Part shown: positions 44,504-58,684 of the stretch, in pieces
Numbering within the stretch: the first letter of the stretch is position 1
Layout of the letters: the number at the start of each line of letters is the position of its first letter
NCBI GenBank assembly: GCA_964016885.1
Contig: CAXHJY010000133.1
Coordinates: 248,001-312,000, forward strand
DNA from: Eledone cirrhosa
Taxonomy: Eukaryota
DNA: 64,000 nt
Reading direction: 5' to 3'
Notes under the pieces: model-generated
Seen by the model: only the letters and a program-made list of their open reading frames with translations
The model's database searches: none
What the model was told of the DNA's origin: nothing
Made by a program: the position numbers and the translations under genes

Positions 44504-44820
44504 ACTAGTATTTTTTTCCCCCTGGTAAAATGGTGTACATTATTCGATTTTTTTAGTAAAATCGGTTCTCTTAATAGAACATCAAAAATCTTAACAATAA
44601 AAGGTGTGAAATGATATTCACTATATATATATACACATACATATATTTACTACACATATATATATATATATACATATATACATACATATATATGCACATA
44701 TATTTCTTTGTATTGCACCATAGAGCATGTGTGTTTACGTGTGTCATTGTGTTTATATGTGGGTAGAGATGTGTGCTGATGTAGGTATGTATGTTGACGT
44801 GTGTATGTTGTGGGTTCGTC

Positions 44821-45240
44821 TTAGGGAGAAGTGTTTAGACGGGGTCCGTATTTGTTAATGAAGTAAGACTCCTTGCTGATGCGCTGGGTGTGGGTGGCAT
44901 TATCTTTAAGTTTGTAGAGGGGAAAGATTCTGAAGTTGGGATGAATTTGGGCGGCACAGGTATCAATGTGTTCACTCAGTGGTATTTTCCTGTATTCCCG
45001 TATTTTAATTTGGGATCTATGGACAGTCATGCGTTGGCGGAGGCTGTTTTTGGTCTGGCCTATGTATTGTTCCCGACAACCTGAACAAGTTAATACATAT
45101 ATTAGATTTTCCGATGCACATGTGAAATTGTATTTTACTATAAAACGTTGTCCATCTTTGAAATAGAATTCCGAACCCTCTATTAAGTTGATGCAAATGC
45201 CACAGTTGGGTCTATCGCATTTTTTTACTGTGGGTTTATT
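44821..45240 (-). pseudogene. PLE (Neptune-like) GIY-YIG endonuclease remnant, copy 1
   Basis: CDRPNCGIC knuckle, NLIYVLTCSGCREQYIGQT..LRQRMTVH, EH, E..FI...P.LN; upstream of ~45240 the ORF runs into (TA)n. Confidence 0.85.
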
Positions 45241-45539
45241 ATATATATATATATATAATAAACAATACAATATACTTACCTCCTTACCAGAGGTTTCCCG
45301 AATAAGACGAATACGAAAAACGTCCTCATTCGTTCATCGGACAAGGCAATTTGTAAATTGTAAATTGCCTTGTCCGATGAACGAATGAGGACGTTTTTCG
45401 AAATTCGTCTTATTCGGGAAACCTCTGGTAATGAGGTAATTATATTGTATTGTTTATTATTCATTAAATTTACCTCGGGTACTTACATAGAGCACTCTTC
45501 ACTCCTATGAATTTTCAATTTTCAACGGAAACGTCAATA

Positions 45540-45630
<91 letters not shown>

Positions 45631-46233
45631 TAAACTCTTTGTCATGCGGGCATTTATTAATCTATCATATAATAGACATCACACCGCCTGCTCTGTCTTC
45701 CTATATTCTCCCTTCTTACCTGTGCTACATGTCAATGTCTCCACGTCCAACAACAGTCCTTAATATTCTCTTCTGTTTTACAAGTTCTCTTCTTTTTATA
45801 CATTTTCTACCTCTGGCTAAGACCTCGCACAGTTCTCTCCCTTTTTATATCATTTAAAACCCTAGGGAAATGTTTTTATCTATATTTCTGTAATTCCCCT
45901 AAAGGCGTAACCTGTCTCTACCTGTTTTGTTATGTCGCAATGTGCCCTGGAAAGAATGGTCCCGACGTTAGTTGAACGAAACTGTATTGATTTCCAGATG
46001 TTGACTGAGGAGATGAGACTGGCTGTCTCTCCGTTGTGTTTTCGTTTATCTTTGTCCTGTGCGGCCCCTATTTTAAATATATATAGGCTATATTATATAT
46101 ACATATATATATGTTAGTATTTATATATATTTATATGTATATATGAACAGATAAATTAGGAAGGCTTTTCAGGCAATTTCATAATTACTTTTACGAAGAA
46201 AAAAGAAAACAAAAAAAAAGAAAGCATCAGGAA

Positions 46234-46306
46234 AGCCCCCAGTGAGAATTGAACCCACGACCCCTGGTTTACAAGACCAGTGCTCTAACCACTGAGCTAT
46301 GGAGGC
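46234..46306 (-). tRNA. tRNA-Thr(UGU)
   Basis: Intact cloverleaf with G52-U62. Confidence 0.92.
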
Positions 46307-46510
46307 TCGCTTGTTACAAAACTGTATATGTTGCTATATAAATCCTGATTTATTTAAAAATAAATAACTTAAGGCCACCATGTGTTATATATATGGTTGT
46401 ATATATTGATTGTGGTATGTGTGTGTGTGTGTGTCTGTGCCTGTGGGGAGTGGGGGGGACCGCAGATTGATCCTTGATCATACATACATATACACACATA
46501 CATACATACA

Positions 46511-46612
<102 letters not shown>

Positions 46613-47141
46613 AAAGAATAGAGGTGTAACACACAAGTTATTATATATTGGTAAACGGAATAGAAAATGCTGACAAATTGTTCACAGTTGAAAAATGGTT
46701 TAATTAGGAATAAAAGAGTATTAGTGATTGTATGGGTTAGTATTCAGTTGTGGTTTTAAGTTTTTAAGTTTTTACCGGTTGCGCATTTCTAAATGCTTTT
46801 CAAAAATAATTTTGAGATAGAGTGTCCGTGCTGTTTGCTCTGATCTGATTAGTTTTGGGAATTCTACCTGTTTTTATGTTAAAAAAGTGGCTCCAGCGTA
46901 ATTTTTGTGTTGCAAAAATGCTTGTGGTCAAAACAATTTTGATTGGTCGGTAGAGGTCATGTGAATGTAAAAAGTTGATTTTGCGCCAAGACTGTTTTTA
47001 TGTTAAAAAAGTGGCTCCAGCAAAAATTCTTGGTCAAAACAATTTTGATTGGTCGGTAGAGGTCATGTGGATAAAAAATTGGTTTTGCACCAAGATTGAG
47101 AAAGACTCTTTCACAACAAATATGTGTGTGTGTGTGTGTAT

Positions 47142-47216
<75 letters not shown>

Positions 47217-47296
47217 TGTGTGTGTAGTAGTAGTAGTAAGGTGTTCGATGCTGCGACAATGGCCAGCAGCGATGTGTGTCAAATGGCTATTAAGAT

Positions 47297-47363
<67 letters not shown>

Positions 47364-47462
47364 GCAGAGTAATTCGATGGTCAGTAAGAATGTGTCTGAA
47401 AGCAATGGGGGGTATTTTAGCATGTCAAAAGATATTTTTCAGCTTTTGTCTTATACGGAGAA

Positions 47463-47503
<41 letters not shown>

Positions 47504-47907
47504 AGTCTCTTTGTATGTTGATGTACGCGTGTGTATGTGTTTGTGTATATATATGTGTGTGTGTATGTGTGTGTGTGTGTGTGTGGGTGGACTAGTATTT
47601 TTTTCCCCCTGGTAAAATGGTGTACATTATTCGATTTTTTCAGTAAAATCGGTTCTCTTAATAGAACATCAAAAATCTTAACAATAAAAGGTGTGAAATG
47701 ATATTCACTATATATATATAGACATACATATATTTACTACACATATATATATATATATACATATATACATACATATATATGCACATATATTTCTTTGTAT
47801 TGCACCATAGAGCATGTGTGTTTACGTGTGTCATTGTGTTTATATGTGGGTAGAGATGTGTGCTGATGTAGGTATGTATGTTGACGTGTGTATGTTGTGG
47901 GTTCGTC

Positions 47908-48327
47908 TTAGGGAGAAGTGTTTAGACGGGGTCCGTATTTGTTAATGAAGTAAGATTCCTTGCTGATGCGCTGGGTGTGGGTGGCATTATCTTTAAGTTT
48001 GTAGAGGGGAAAGATTCTGAAGTTGGGATGATTTTGGGCGGCACAGGTATCAATGTGTTCACTCAGTGGTATTTTCCTGTATTCCCGTATTTTAATTTGA
48101 GATCTATGGACAGTCATGCGTTGGCGGAGGCTGTTTTTGGTCTGGCCTATGTATTGTTCCCGACAACCTGAACAAGTTAATACATAAATTAGATTTTCCG
48201 ATGCACATGTGAAATTGTGTTTTACTATAAAACGTTGTCCATCTTTGAAATAGAATTCCGAACCCTCTATTAAGTTGATGCAAATGCCACAGTTGGGTCT
48301 ATCGCATTTTTTTACTGTGGGTTTATT
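47908..48327 (-). pseudogene. PLE GIY-YIG endonuclease remnant, copy 2
   Basis: Near-identical to copy 1. Confidence 0.85.
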
Positions 48328-49272
48328 ATATATATATATATATAATAAACAATACAATATACTTACCTCCTTACCAGAGGTTTCCCGAATAAGACGAATA
48401 CGAAAAACGTCCTCATTCGTTCATCGGACAAGGCAATTTGTAAATTGTAAATTGCCTTGTCCGATGAACGAATGAGGACGTTTTTCGAAATTCGTCTTAT
48501 TCGGGAAACCTCTGGTAATGAGGTAATTATATTGTATTGTTTATTATTCATTAAATTTACCTCGGGTACTTACATAGAGCACTCTTCACTCCTATGAATT
48601 TTCAATTTTCAACGGAAACGTCAATACTTATATATATATATATATATATATTCTAAACTCTTTGTCATGCGGGCATTTATTAATCTATCATATAATAGAC
48701 ATCACACCGCCTGCTCTGTCTTCCTATATTCTCCCTTCATACCTGTGCTACATGTCAATGTCTCCACGTCCAACAACAGTCCTTAATATTCTCTTCTGTT
48801 TTACAAGTTCTCTTCTTTTTATACATTTTCTACCTCTGGCTAAGACCTCGCACAGTTCTCTCCCTTTTTATATCATTTAAAACCCTAGGGAAATGTTTTT
48901 ATCTATATTTCTGTAATTCCCCTAAAGGCGTAACCTGTCTCTACCTGTTTTGTTATGTCGCAATGTGCACTGGAAAGAATGGTCCCGACGTTAGTTGAAC
49001 GAAACTGTATTGATTTCCAGATGTTGACTGAGGAGATGAGACTGGCAGTCTCTCCGTTGTGTTTTCGTTTATCTTTGTCCTGTGCGGCCCCTATTTTAAA
49101 TATATATATATATATATATATATAGGCTATATTATATATACATATATATATGTTAGTATTTATATATATTTATATGTATATATGAACAGATAAATTAGGA
49201 AGGCTTTTCAGGCAATTTCATAATTACTTTTACGAAGAAAAAAGAAAACAAAAAAAAAGAAAGCATCAGGAA

Positions 49273-49345
49273 AGCCCCCAGTGAGAATTGAACCCACGAC
49301 CCCTGGTTTACAAGACCAGTGCTCTAACCACTGAGCTATGGAGGC
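49273..49345 (-). tRNA. tRNA-Thr(UGU)
   Basis: Intact cloverleaf with G52-U62. Confidence 0.92.
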
Positions 49346-49547
49346 TCGCTTGTTACAAAACTGTATATGTTGCTATATAAATCCTGATTTATTTAAAAAT
49401 AAATAACTTAAGGCCACCATGTGTTATATATATGGTTGTATATATTGATTGTGGTATGTGTGTGTGTGTGTGTGTCTGTGCCTGTGGGGAGTGGGGGGGA
49501 CCGCAGATTGATCCTTGATCATACATACATATACACACATACATACA

Positions 49548-49647
<100 letters not shown>

Positions 49648-50174
49648 AAAGAATAGAGGTGTAACACACAAGTTATTATATATTGGTAAACGGAATAGAA
49701 AATGCTGACAAATTGTTCACAGTTGAAAAATGGTTTAATTAGGAATAAAAGAGTATTAGTGATTGTATGGGTTAGTATTCAGTTGTGGTTTTAAGTTTTT
49801 AAGTTTTTACCGGTTGCGCATTTCTAAATGCTTTTCAAAAATAATTTTGAGATAGAGTGTCCGTGCTGTTTGCTCTGATCTGATTAGTTTTGGGAATTCT
49901 ACCTGTTTTTATGTTAAAAAAGTGGCTCCAGCGTAATTTTTGTGTTGCAAAAATGCTTGTGGTCAAAACAATTTTGATTGGTCGGTAGAGGTCATGTGAA
50001 TGTAAAAAGTTGATTTTGCGCCAAGACTGTTTTTATGTTAAAAAAGTGGCTCCAGCAAAAATTCTTGGTCAAAACAATTTTGATTGGTCGGTAGAGGTCA
50101 TGTGGATAAAAAATTGGTTTTGCGCCAAGATTGAGAAAGACTCTTTCACAACAAATATGTGTGTGTGTGTGTAT

Positions 50175-50245
<71 letters not shown>

Positions 50246-50325
50246 TGTGTGTGTAGTAGTAGTAGTAAGGTGTTCGATGCTGCGACAATGGCCAGCAGCG
50301 ATGTGTGTCAAATGGCTATTAAGAT

Positions 50326-50392
<67 letters not shown>

Positions 50393-50489
50393 GCAGAGTA
50401 ATTCGATGGTCAGTAAGAATGTGTCTGAAAGCAATGGGGGGTATTTTAGCATGTCAAAAGATATTTTTCAGCTTTTGTCTTATACGGAG

Positions 50490-50538
<49 letters not shown>

Positions 50539-50580
50539 AGTCTCTTTGTATGTTGATGTACGCGTGTGTATGTGTTTGTG

Positions 50581-50621
<41 letters not shown>

Positions 50622-50938
50622 ACTAGTATTTTTTTCCCCCTGGTAAAATGGTGTACATTATTCGATTTTTTCAGTAAAATCGGTTCTCTTAATAGAACAT
50701 CAAAAATCTTAACAATAAAAGGTGTGAAATGATATTCACTATATATATATACACATACATATATTTACTACACATATATATATATATATACATATATACA
50801 TACATATATATGCACATATATTTCTTTGTATTGCACCATAGAGCATGTGTGTTTACGTGTGTCATTGTGTTTATATGTGGGTAGAGATGTGTGCTGATGT
50901 AGGTATGTATGTTGACGTGTGTATGTTGTGGGTTCGTC

Positions 50939-51358
50939 TTAGGGAGAAGTGTTTAGACGGGGTCCGTATTTGTTAATGAAGTAAGATTCCTTGCTGATGC
51001 GCTGGGTGTGGGTGGCATTATCTTTAAGTTTGTAGAGGGGAAAGATTCTGAAGTTGGGATGATTTTGGGCGGCACAGGTATCAATGTGTTCACTCAGTGG
51101 TATTTTCCTGTATTCCCGTATTTTAATTTGGGATCTATGGACAGTCATGCGTTGGCGGAGGCTGTTTTTGGTCTGGCCTATGTACTGTTCCCGACAACCT
51201 GAACAAGTTAATACATATATTAGATTTTCCGATGCACATGTGAAATTGTGTTTTACTATAAAACGTTGTCCATCTTTGAAATAGAATTCCGAACCCTCTA
51301 TTAGGTTGATGCAAATGCCACAGTTGGCTCTATCGCATTTTTTTACTGTGGGTTTATT
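50939..51358 (-). pseudogene. PLE GIY-YIG endonuclease remnant, copy 3
   Basis: Near-identical to copies 1 and 2. Confidence 0.85.
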
Positions 51359-51657
51359 ATATATATATATATATAATAAACAATACAATATACTTACCTC
51401 CTTACCAGAGGTTTCCCGAATAAGACGAATACGAAAAACGTCCTCATTCGTTCATCGGACAAGGCAATTTGTAAATTGTAAATTGCCTTGTCCGATGAAC
51501 GAATGAGGACGTTTTTCGAAATTCGTCTTATTCGGGAAACCTCTGGTAATGAGGTAATTATATTGTATTGTTTATTATTCATTAAATTTACCTCGGGTAC
51601 TTACATAGAGCACTCTTCACTCCTATGAATTTTCAATTTTCAACGGAAACGTCAATA

Positions 51658-51740
<83 letters not shown>

Positions 51741-52183
51741 TAAACTCTTTGTCATGCGGGCATTTATTAATCTATCATATAATAGACATCACACCGCCTG
51801 CTCTGTCTTCCTATATTCTCCCTTCTTACCTGTGCTACATGTCAATGTCTCCACGTCCAACAACAGTCCTTAATATTCTCTTCTGTTTTACAAGTTCTCT
51901 TCTTTTTATACATTTTCTACCTCTGGCTAAGACCTCGCACAGTTCTCTCCCTTTTTATATCATTTAAAACCCTAGGGAAATGTTTTTATCTATATTTCTG
52001 TAATTTCCCTAAAGGCGTAACCTGTCTCTACCTGTTTTGTTATGTCGCAATGTGCACTGGAAAGAATGGTCCCGACCTTAGTTGAACGAAACTGTATTGA
52101 TTTCCAGATGTTGACTGAGGAGATGAGACTGGCAGTCTCTCCGTTGTGTTTTCGTTTATCTTTGTCCTGTGCGGCCCCTATTT

Positions 52184-52223
<40 letters not shown>

Positions 52224-52368
52224 CTATATTATATATACATATATATATGTTAGTATTTATATATATTTATATGTATATATGAACAGATAAATTAGGAAGG
52301 CTTTTCAGGCAATTTCATAATTACTTTTACGAAGAAAAAAGAAAACAAAAAAAAGAAAGCATCAGGAA

Positions 52369-52441
52369 AGCCCCCAGTGAGAATTGAACCCACGACCCCT
52401 GGTTTACAAGACCAGTGCTCTAACCACTGAGCTATGGAGGC
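52369..52441 (-). tRNA. tRNA-Thr(UGU)
   Basis: Intact cloverleaf with G52-U62. Confidence 0.92.
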
Positions 52442-52643
52442 TCGCTTGTTACAAAACTGTATATGTTGCTATATAAATCCTGATTTATTTAAAAATAAAT
52501 AACTTAAGACCACCATGTGTTATATATATGGTTGTATATATTGATTGTGGTATGTGTGTGTATGTGTGTGTCTGTGCCTGTGGGGAGTGGGGGGGACCGC
52601 AGATTGATCCTTGATCATACATACATATACACACATACATACA

Positions 52644-52740
<97 letters not shown>

Positions 52741-52742
<2 letters not shown>

Positions 52743-54253
52743 TTTCTGAATTTGTTTAGCAAGATTCTTTATCTGAAATCGTGTGTTGAAACCGATATTG
52801 TTATACTTTGGGCGGGTCATGTTGCCAATAAGAAACACACGCACCAGTTGCTTTCACTTCAATTTATTATATATTTATAAATTTATAAATTTACAAATCT
52901 ACAAACTTATAAATTTCTGGTTGGTTGGTTGGTTCCACAACCAGATAGTTGTTTATATATAGTCATAGTCCTTTCGTCACACACTCTGTGACCTCTTCAC
53001 TGACTGGGGATTCCTTACTTTGTTTCTGTGCCTTTCCTTTCTTCTGTCCTACGCCATTTTGTTTCTGTGTGTGTATTGTGTGCTCAGTTTGCGCATGCGC
53101 CACATCCGGGTGTCTGTGTGTGTTTGTGTTCATTTATCTATTTGTTTATTTATTTACATATTGTTGGTTGGTTGTTTGTTCTATGTGTGTGTGTGTTTTC
53201 ATTTTGTCCTTAATTGTAAGTTGTGATGTTGCTGTTCCACTCATATTTTCTATTTAATTTTGGTTGTAATTCTTTTATGCTTACTGCCTCTGTAATCTGC
53301 CTAAACATTGCATCTTTTCTGTGTGTGGATTCTATTTTTATTTCTATGTTCTCTAATTTACCCTTGTGTTCTATCTTAGCATGTTGGTAGAGTACAGATG
53401 ATTCTTTATTATCTTGAAGGTCTCGCCAGTGTTCATTTATCCGTTCCCCTATACTACAAGCTGTCTCAACTATGTACACTATATTTTTGTTTCTACATTG
53501 TCCTTCAGTACATCTTATGCTATACACTACATTTCTAGTTTTACAGTTAATATGGGGGCTTATTTTACAGGTTATACATTTCTTATCTATACATGAGGGT
53601 CTTTGGAACGGGTATGTCTTGCTAATAAGTGTTTTTACGGAGGTACCTGGTCTTTCTACTATCTTAATATTGAGTTTATGTTTATTTAGGGCCCTTCTAA
53701 ATTTGTAGGCTAGTTCGCCTCTAGGGGTTGTATTGATGAACATTACACTCTGGTATTTATTGCTATCATACCATGAGTTTATTCTATTGGCCTTGTTCCT
53801 AGTTCTTTCGATTCTATTCCAAAATTTGCTCCTATACAAGGGGCAGGTCCCATTTATGTCATTATTTACCATTTTTTCCCATTTGGTTCTGGCTCCTCTA
53901 TACACTCTGATTCTATCTCTCTGATTGTAGCCAGAGAACTGCATACGGTGGATGAAATGTTGTATGTGTCTCTCTAGTTCTTCGGGGTTGCACATGCGGA
54001 ACACATTTCTCATCACCCGTACCAAATCCGCAATCAGTATGTTGATTTTGGTATGGTCCGAAATGGCCGAGTTTCGGTGGATCAGATGTTTGGAAGTCAT
54101 GGGTTTGGCATAATGGGAATGGAGGATTTGTTTTTGGTTGTTAATGGTATCTAACCAGAGCTCTGTGTTTAGTACAGGTAATCGATGGTTGGGGTGTCTA
54201 CTTGGGTAGTCTATAGTAACTCTAATGCTCTGGTGGATGGAGTTTGCTATTTG
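52741..54253 (-). mobile_element. 5'-truncated PLE (RT thumb, GIY-YIG and 3' end)
   Basis: Coding remnant plus 3' end matching dispersed short fragments; ends at (TA)n. Confidence 0.85.
53210..54253 (-). pseudogene. PLE ORF C-terminal half (RT thumb, CxxxxCxxC linker, decayed GIY-YIG)
   Basis: YAKPM..HRNSA, FSGY, CIDKKCITC, NVVYSIRC...YIVET (YIGET expected), ERINEH, EAV.I....PKLN. Confidence 0.82.
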
Positions 54254-54743
54254 CTGTATATATTCTAAACACTGTATATATTCTAAACACTGTATATATT
54301 CTAAACACTTTGTCATGCGGGCATTTATTAATCTATCATATAATAGACATCACACCGCCTGCTCTGTCTTCCTATATTCTCCCTTCTTACCTGTGCCACA
54401 TGTCAATGTCTCCACGTCCAACAACAGTCCTTAATATTCTCTTCTGTTTTACAAGTTCTCTTCTTTTTATACATTTTCTACCTTTGGCTAAGACCTCGCA
54501 CAGTTCTCTCCCTTTTTTATCATTTGAAACCCCAGGGAAATGTTTTCATCTATATTTCTGTAATTCCCCTAAAGGCGTAACTTGTCTCTACCTGTTTTGT
54601 TATGCCGCAATGTGCACTGGAAAGAATGGTCCCGACGTTAGTTGAACGAAACTGTATTGATTTCCAGATGTTGACTGAGGAGATGAGACTGGCAGTCTTT
54701 CCGTTATGTTTTCGTTTATCTTTGTCCTGTGCGGCCCCTATTT

Positions 54744-54779
<36 letters not shown>

Positions 54780-54915
54780 CTATATTATATATACATATAT
54801 ATATGTTAGTATTTATATGTATATATGAACAGATAAATTAGGAAGGCTTTTCAGGCAATTTCATAATAACTTTTACGAAGAAAAAAGAAAACACAAAAAA
54901 AAAAAGCACCAGGAA

Positions 54916-54989
54916 AGTCCCCCCGTGAGAATTGAACCCACGACCCCTAGTTTACAAGACCAGTGCTCTAACCACTGAGCTATGGAGGT
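54916..54989 (-). pseudogene. tRNA-Thr(UGU) pseudogene
   Basis: Acceptor stem disrupted (G1A, insertion) and anticodon-stem substitution. Confidence 0.75.
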
Positions 54990-55024
54990 TTACATGCTCG
55001 ATAACTTATTTAGTATTATTTAGA

Positions 55025-55435
55025 TCTGTGAAATTTCAGTATCGGTAGAGAACCGTACAACATGCTTTGCAGCATAGAGTTACGGCCCTTTACAGTCTGA
55101 GTTCAAAACCCACCGAGGTTAACTTTGCCTTTCATCCTCACGGGATCGATAAAATAAAGTACCAGTAATGCACTGTGTTAATTGCTGGCCTTGTGCCAAA
55201 AGTAGAAACAATTATTTAGATCTGCTCTTTATGAATTATTTTCATTTGGATTGGCAGTACCGTTAGAGGGTCAGGCGCCATGCTTTCCAGCACAGAGTTA
55301 CGTCCCTTTACGGTTTTAGCTCAAACCCCGTCGAGGTTAACTTTGCCTTTCATCCTTACGGTTTCGAAAAAATATAGTACCAGTAATACACTGCCATAAT
55401 TGCTGGCCTTGTCCCAAAAGTTAAAACAATTATTT
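55025..55435 (+). mobile_element. Two tandem tRNA-derived SINE copies (55025-55217, 55248-55435)
   Basis: Same core as 41200-41388. Confidence 0.75.
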
Positions 55436-55457
55436 AAAATAAAATGTAAGTTGACGA

Positions 55458-55530
55458 AGCCCCCAGTGAGAATTGAACTCACGACCCCTGGTTTACAAGA
55501 CCAGTGCTCTAACCTCTGAGCTATGGAGGC
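55458..55530 (-). tRNA. tRNA-Thr(UGU)
   Basis: Intact cloverleaf, A52-U62, one D-loop change (AGAGG). Confidence 0.9.
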
Positions 55531-55784
55531 TTTCATGAAAAGCTTCCTATTTAACATTACTTAAATCTACTGTATATGATTCCTAGATATTCACCATGTG
55601 TTGTGTGTAATGAATATGGGATGAGGCAAACGTTGGAATGGATTGGTGCAGGGGAGGGCTTATGTATACGCACACACACACATACACACACACACACACA
55701 CACTTATACATACACGCACATACTCATACGCACACACACACACGCTCACATATACACTCTCTCACACACACACGTATATATAAG

Positions 55785-55980
<196 letters not shown>

Positions 55981-56141
55981 TATGCACATATATATATATA
56001 TATATATATATAAGTTTTAATATAGATGAGATTCTACAGGACTAGAACTGTTTCATTCTTTAGAAATCATCAGGATTTATACTCTGCAATGTATTGAGTA
56101 CCTTACTTATTGTGGTTACCTCCGATTCAACCCGGAATAAC

Positions 56142-56205
<64 letters not shown>

Positions 56206-56568
56206 GATATTAACAAATGGAAACTATATTTATAAAACCATATTTATTTCATTATACATATTTCAAGACTATCCGGGAGCTTCCAACAGTAATGGTTGCA
56301 TTCTTTAAGGGTATGTCAATATTTATTTATAAAACTGGTCTATATTATATTTTATTTATAAAACTGCTCTATATTATATTTTATCTGATGAAAGCACACC
56401 ATAATTTAACTTGGTGTCCTTGAAATATGTATAATGAAATAAATATGGTTTTATAAATATAGTTTCCATTTGTTAATATCGTATTTTTACTCCAATTATT
56501 TGTTGAGTGCTTTATATCAGTTATAAAAATATTTGCTTGTTGTATCCCAACAATTTAAATAGAACTTT

Positions 56569-56626
<58 letters not shown>

Positions 56627-56630
56627 GTAC

Positions 56631-56711
<81 letters not shown>

Positions 56712-57091
56712 CACCGTGATTGTGTGTCAGGATGTCAGCAGAGATTTAGTTAATTCGGCGGAGGATGGGGTGTGGGGGAAAATTTATTGATTGATTGATC
56801 GAACGACCAGTATCGATTATTATGTTATCAAAGATATATGCAAATAGGGCACGCCCGTAGCTTTCTATACACCCGTCACAGTTTACACAAGAAAGCTGAC
56901 GACATTCAAGACACTCCCAGACTACATACGATTCTCCCAGTCCCATATCATCACCATCGACATTATCACAAACATCATCACCACCATACACACATACACA
57001 CACACGCATACACACACACGCATACACACACGCACACACACGCACACACACGCATACACACCCACACACACGCATACACACTCACGCACAC

Positions 57092-57164
<73 letters not shown>

Positions 57165-57894
57165 AATGTATATATATATATGTAATATGTATATATATAT
57201 ATATATATATATTAAAATAACAGATTAAAGTTTAAGCAAAGAATCGCTGCTTTCACTCTTTAATCTGTTATTTTAATAAATATTTGCTCTACGGTTCTTA
57301 TATATTTGATATATATTTATCCTTATCGAGCCCTCTTTGGATTTTAGTCTTCTAATTTATTATTATTACTATATATATATATATATATATATAACAAAGG
57401 AATTGTGGTAAGGAACCAGATGGACCATAATGTACCAGAGTACTCAATACTTAGGGTAGTAGAGTGAGAAATAGGAAATAGCCATCGAAACGGCTTGAGC
57501 TCTGCCGTAGGGGTCATACTTTTTCCTATATATATATATATATATATATGATGGCTGCCCCCTCGTTATCGAGTATGGCCATTGCACGATATACCATTAT
57601 TAATAATTATTAATTAATTCTATCGTGCAATGCCTGTGCGTGAAGATATTTTTTAAAGTGAGGAAAGACTGTGCACTGAGCCAATCCCACACTTTGAGCG
57701 ACAGTAGCTATAACCCGAAAAGAAGAAAAGATCAACAACATCGGTACTGAGCCGCAGGTTTTATATCGCAGTTATCCCAGTTTCCTGAGTTGCCTTCTCC
57801 CAGAAGAATGCTCTGACAAGGGCTAGGAGTCCTTCACTCCTAATAAAAGTGTGTATACATTTTTTGGGACACCCTGTATATACATACACACATC

Positions 57895-57964
<70 letters not shown>

Positions 57965-58247
57965 TACATACATTCATATATATATGTATATATATATACA
58001 ATATATTAATAAATGGAAACTATATTTATAAAACCATATTTATTTCATTATATATATTTCAAGGGAAACCAAGGCAAATTATGGTGCACTTTCATCAGAT
58101 AAAATACAGATTTGTTTTATAAATAAATATTGACATACCCGGAAAAAGTCATAACGGTTGGAGCTTCCTGGATAGCTCACAGTTGAATGCTTTATATCAG
58201 TTATAAAAAATGTTAAGCTTGTTGAATCCCAGAAAATTAAATATAAC

Positions 58248-58287
<40 letters not shown>

Positions 58288-58626
58288 ATACTTGGGGAGG
58301 GTCATATTTGTGTCATATTGCCAGAATTATTACACAAATATGACCCTCCCCAAGTATAACAATATTTGTTTCGACACACGATTTCATATAAAAAACCTCG
58401 CAAAACTAATTCATCGCCGCTATATATATATATATATTCAGGTTTGAGGTTCACCACTGTATAGAGCTGGTCTATTCCGTATGGTCAATCGTAATGCAAT
58501 AATATAGAGAGTACTCAACGTAAAGCAGTTCAACCGTTTTTGTTTTTGTAGTTGGTGGTGCTATTACGGAGTTAAATATTATATTTCGAATGATTTTATC
58601 TATTACATTCACGTATTATATTTCGA

Positions 58627-58684
58627 ATACCTGATGATATCACCGGATTCATACGGAACCCGGTCATTGAAATGATCATAGTAT
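58627..58684 (+). ncRNA. Minimal type I hammerhead ribozyme
   Basis: ATAC-CTGATGA-TATCACCGG..CCGGTCATT-GAAA-TGATCA-TA^GTAT then AATAAA; palindromic stem III ATGATCAT. Confidence 0.65.
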
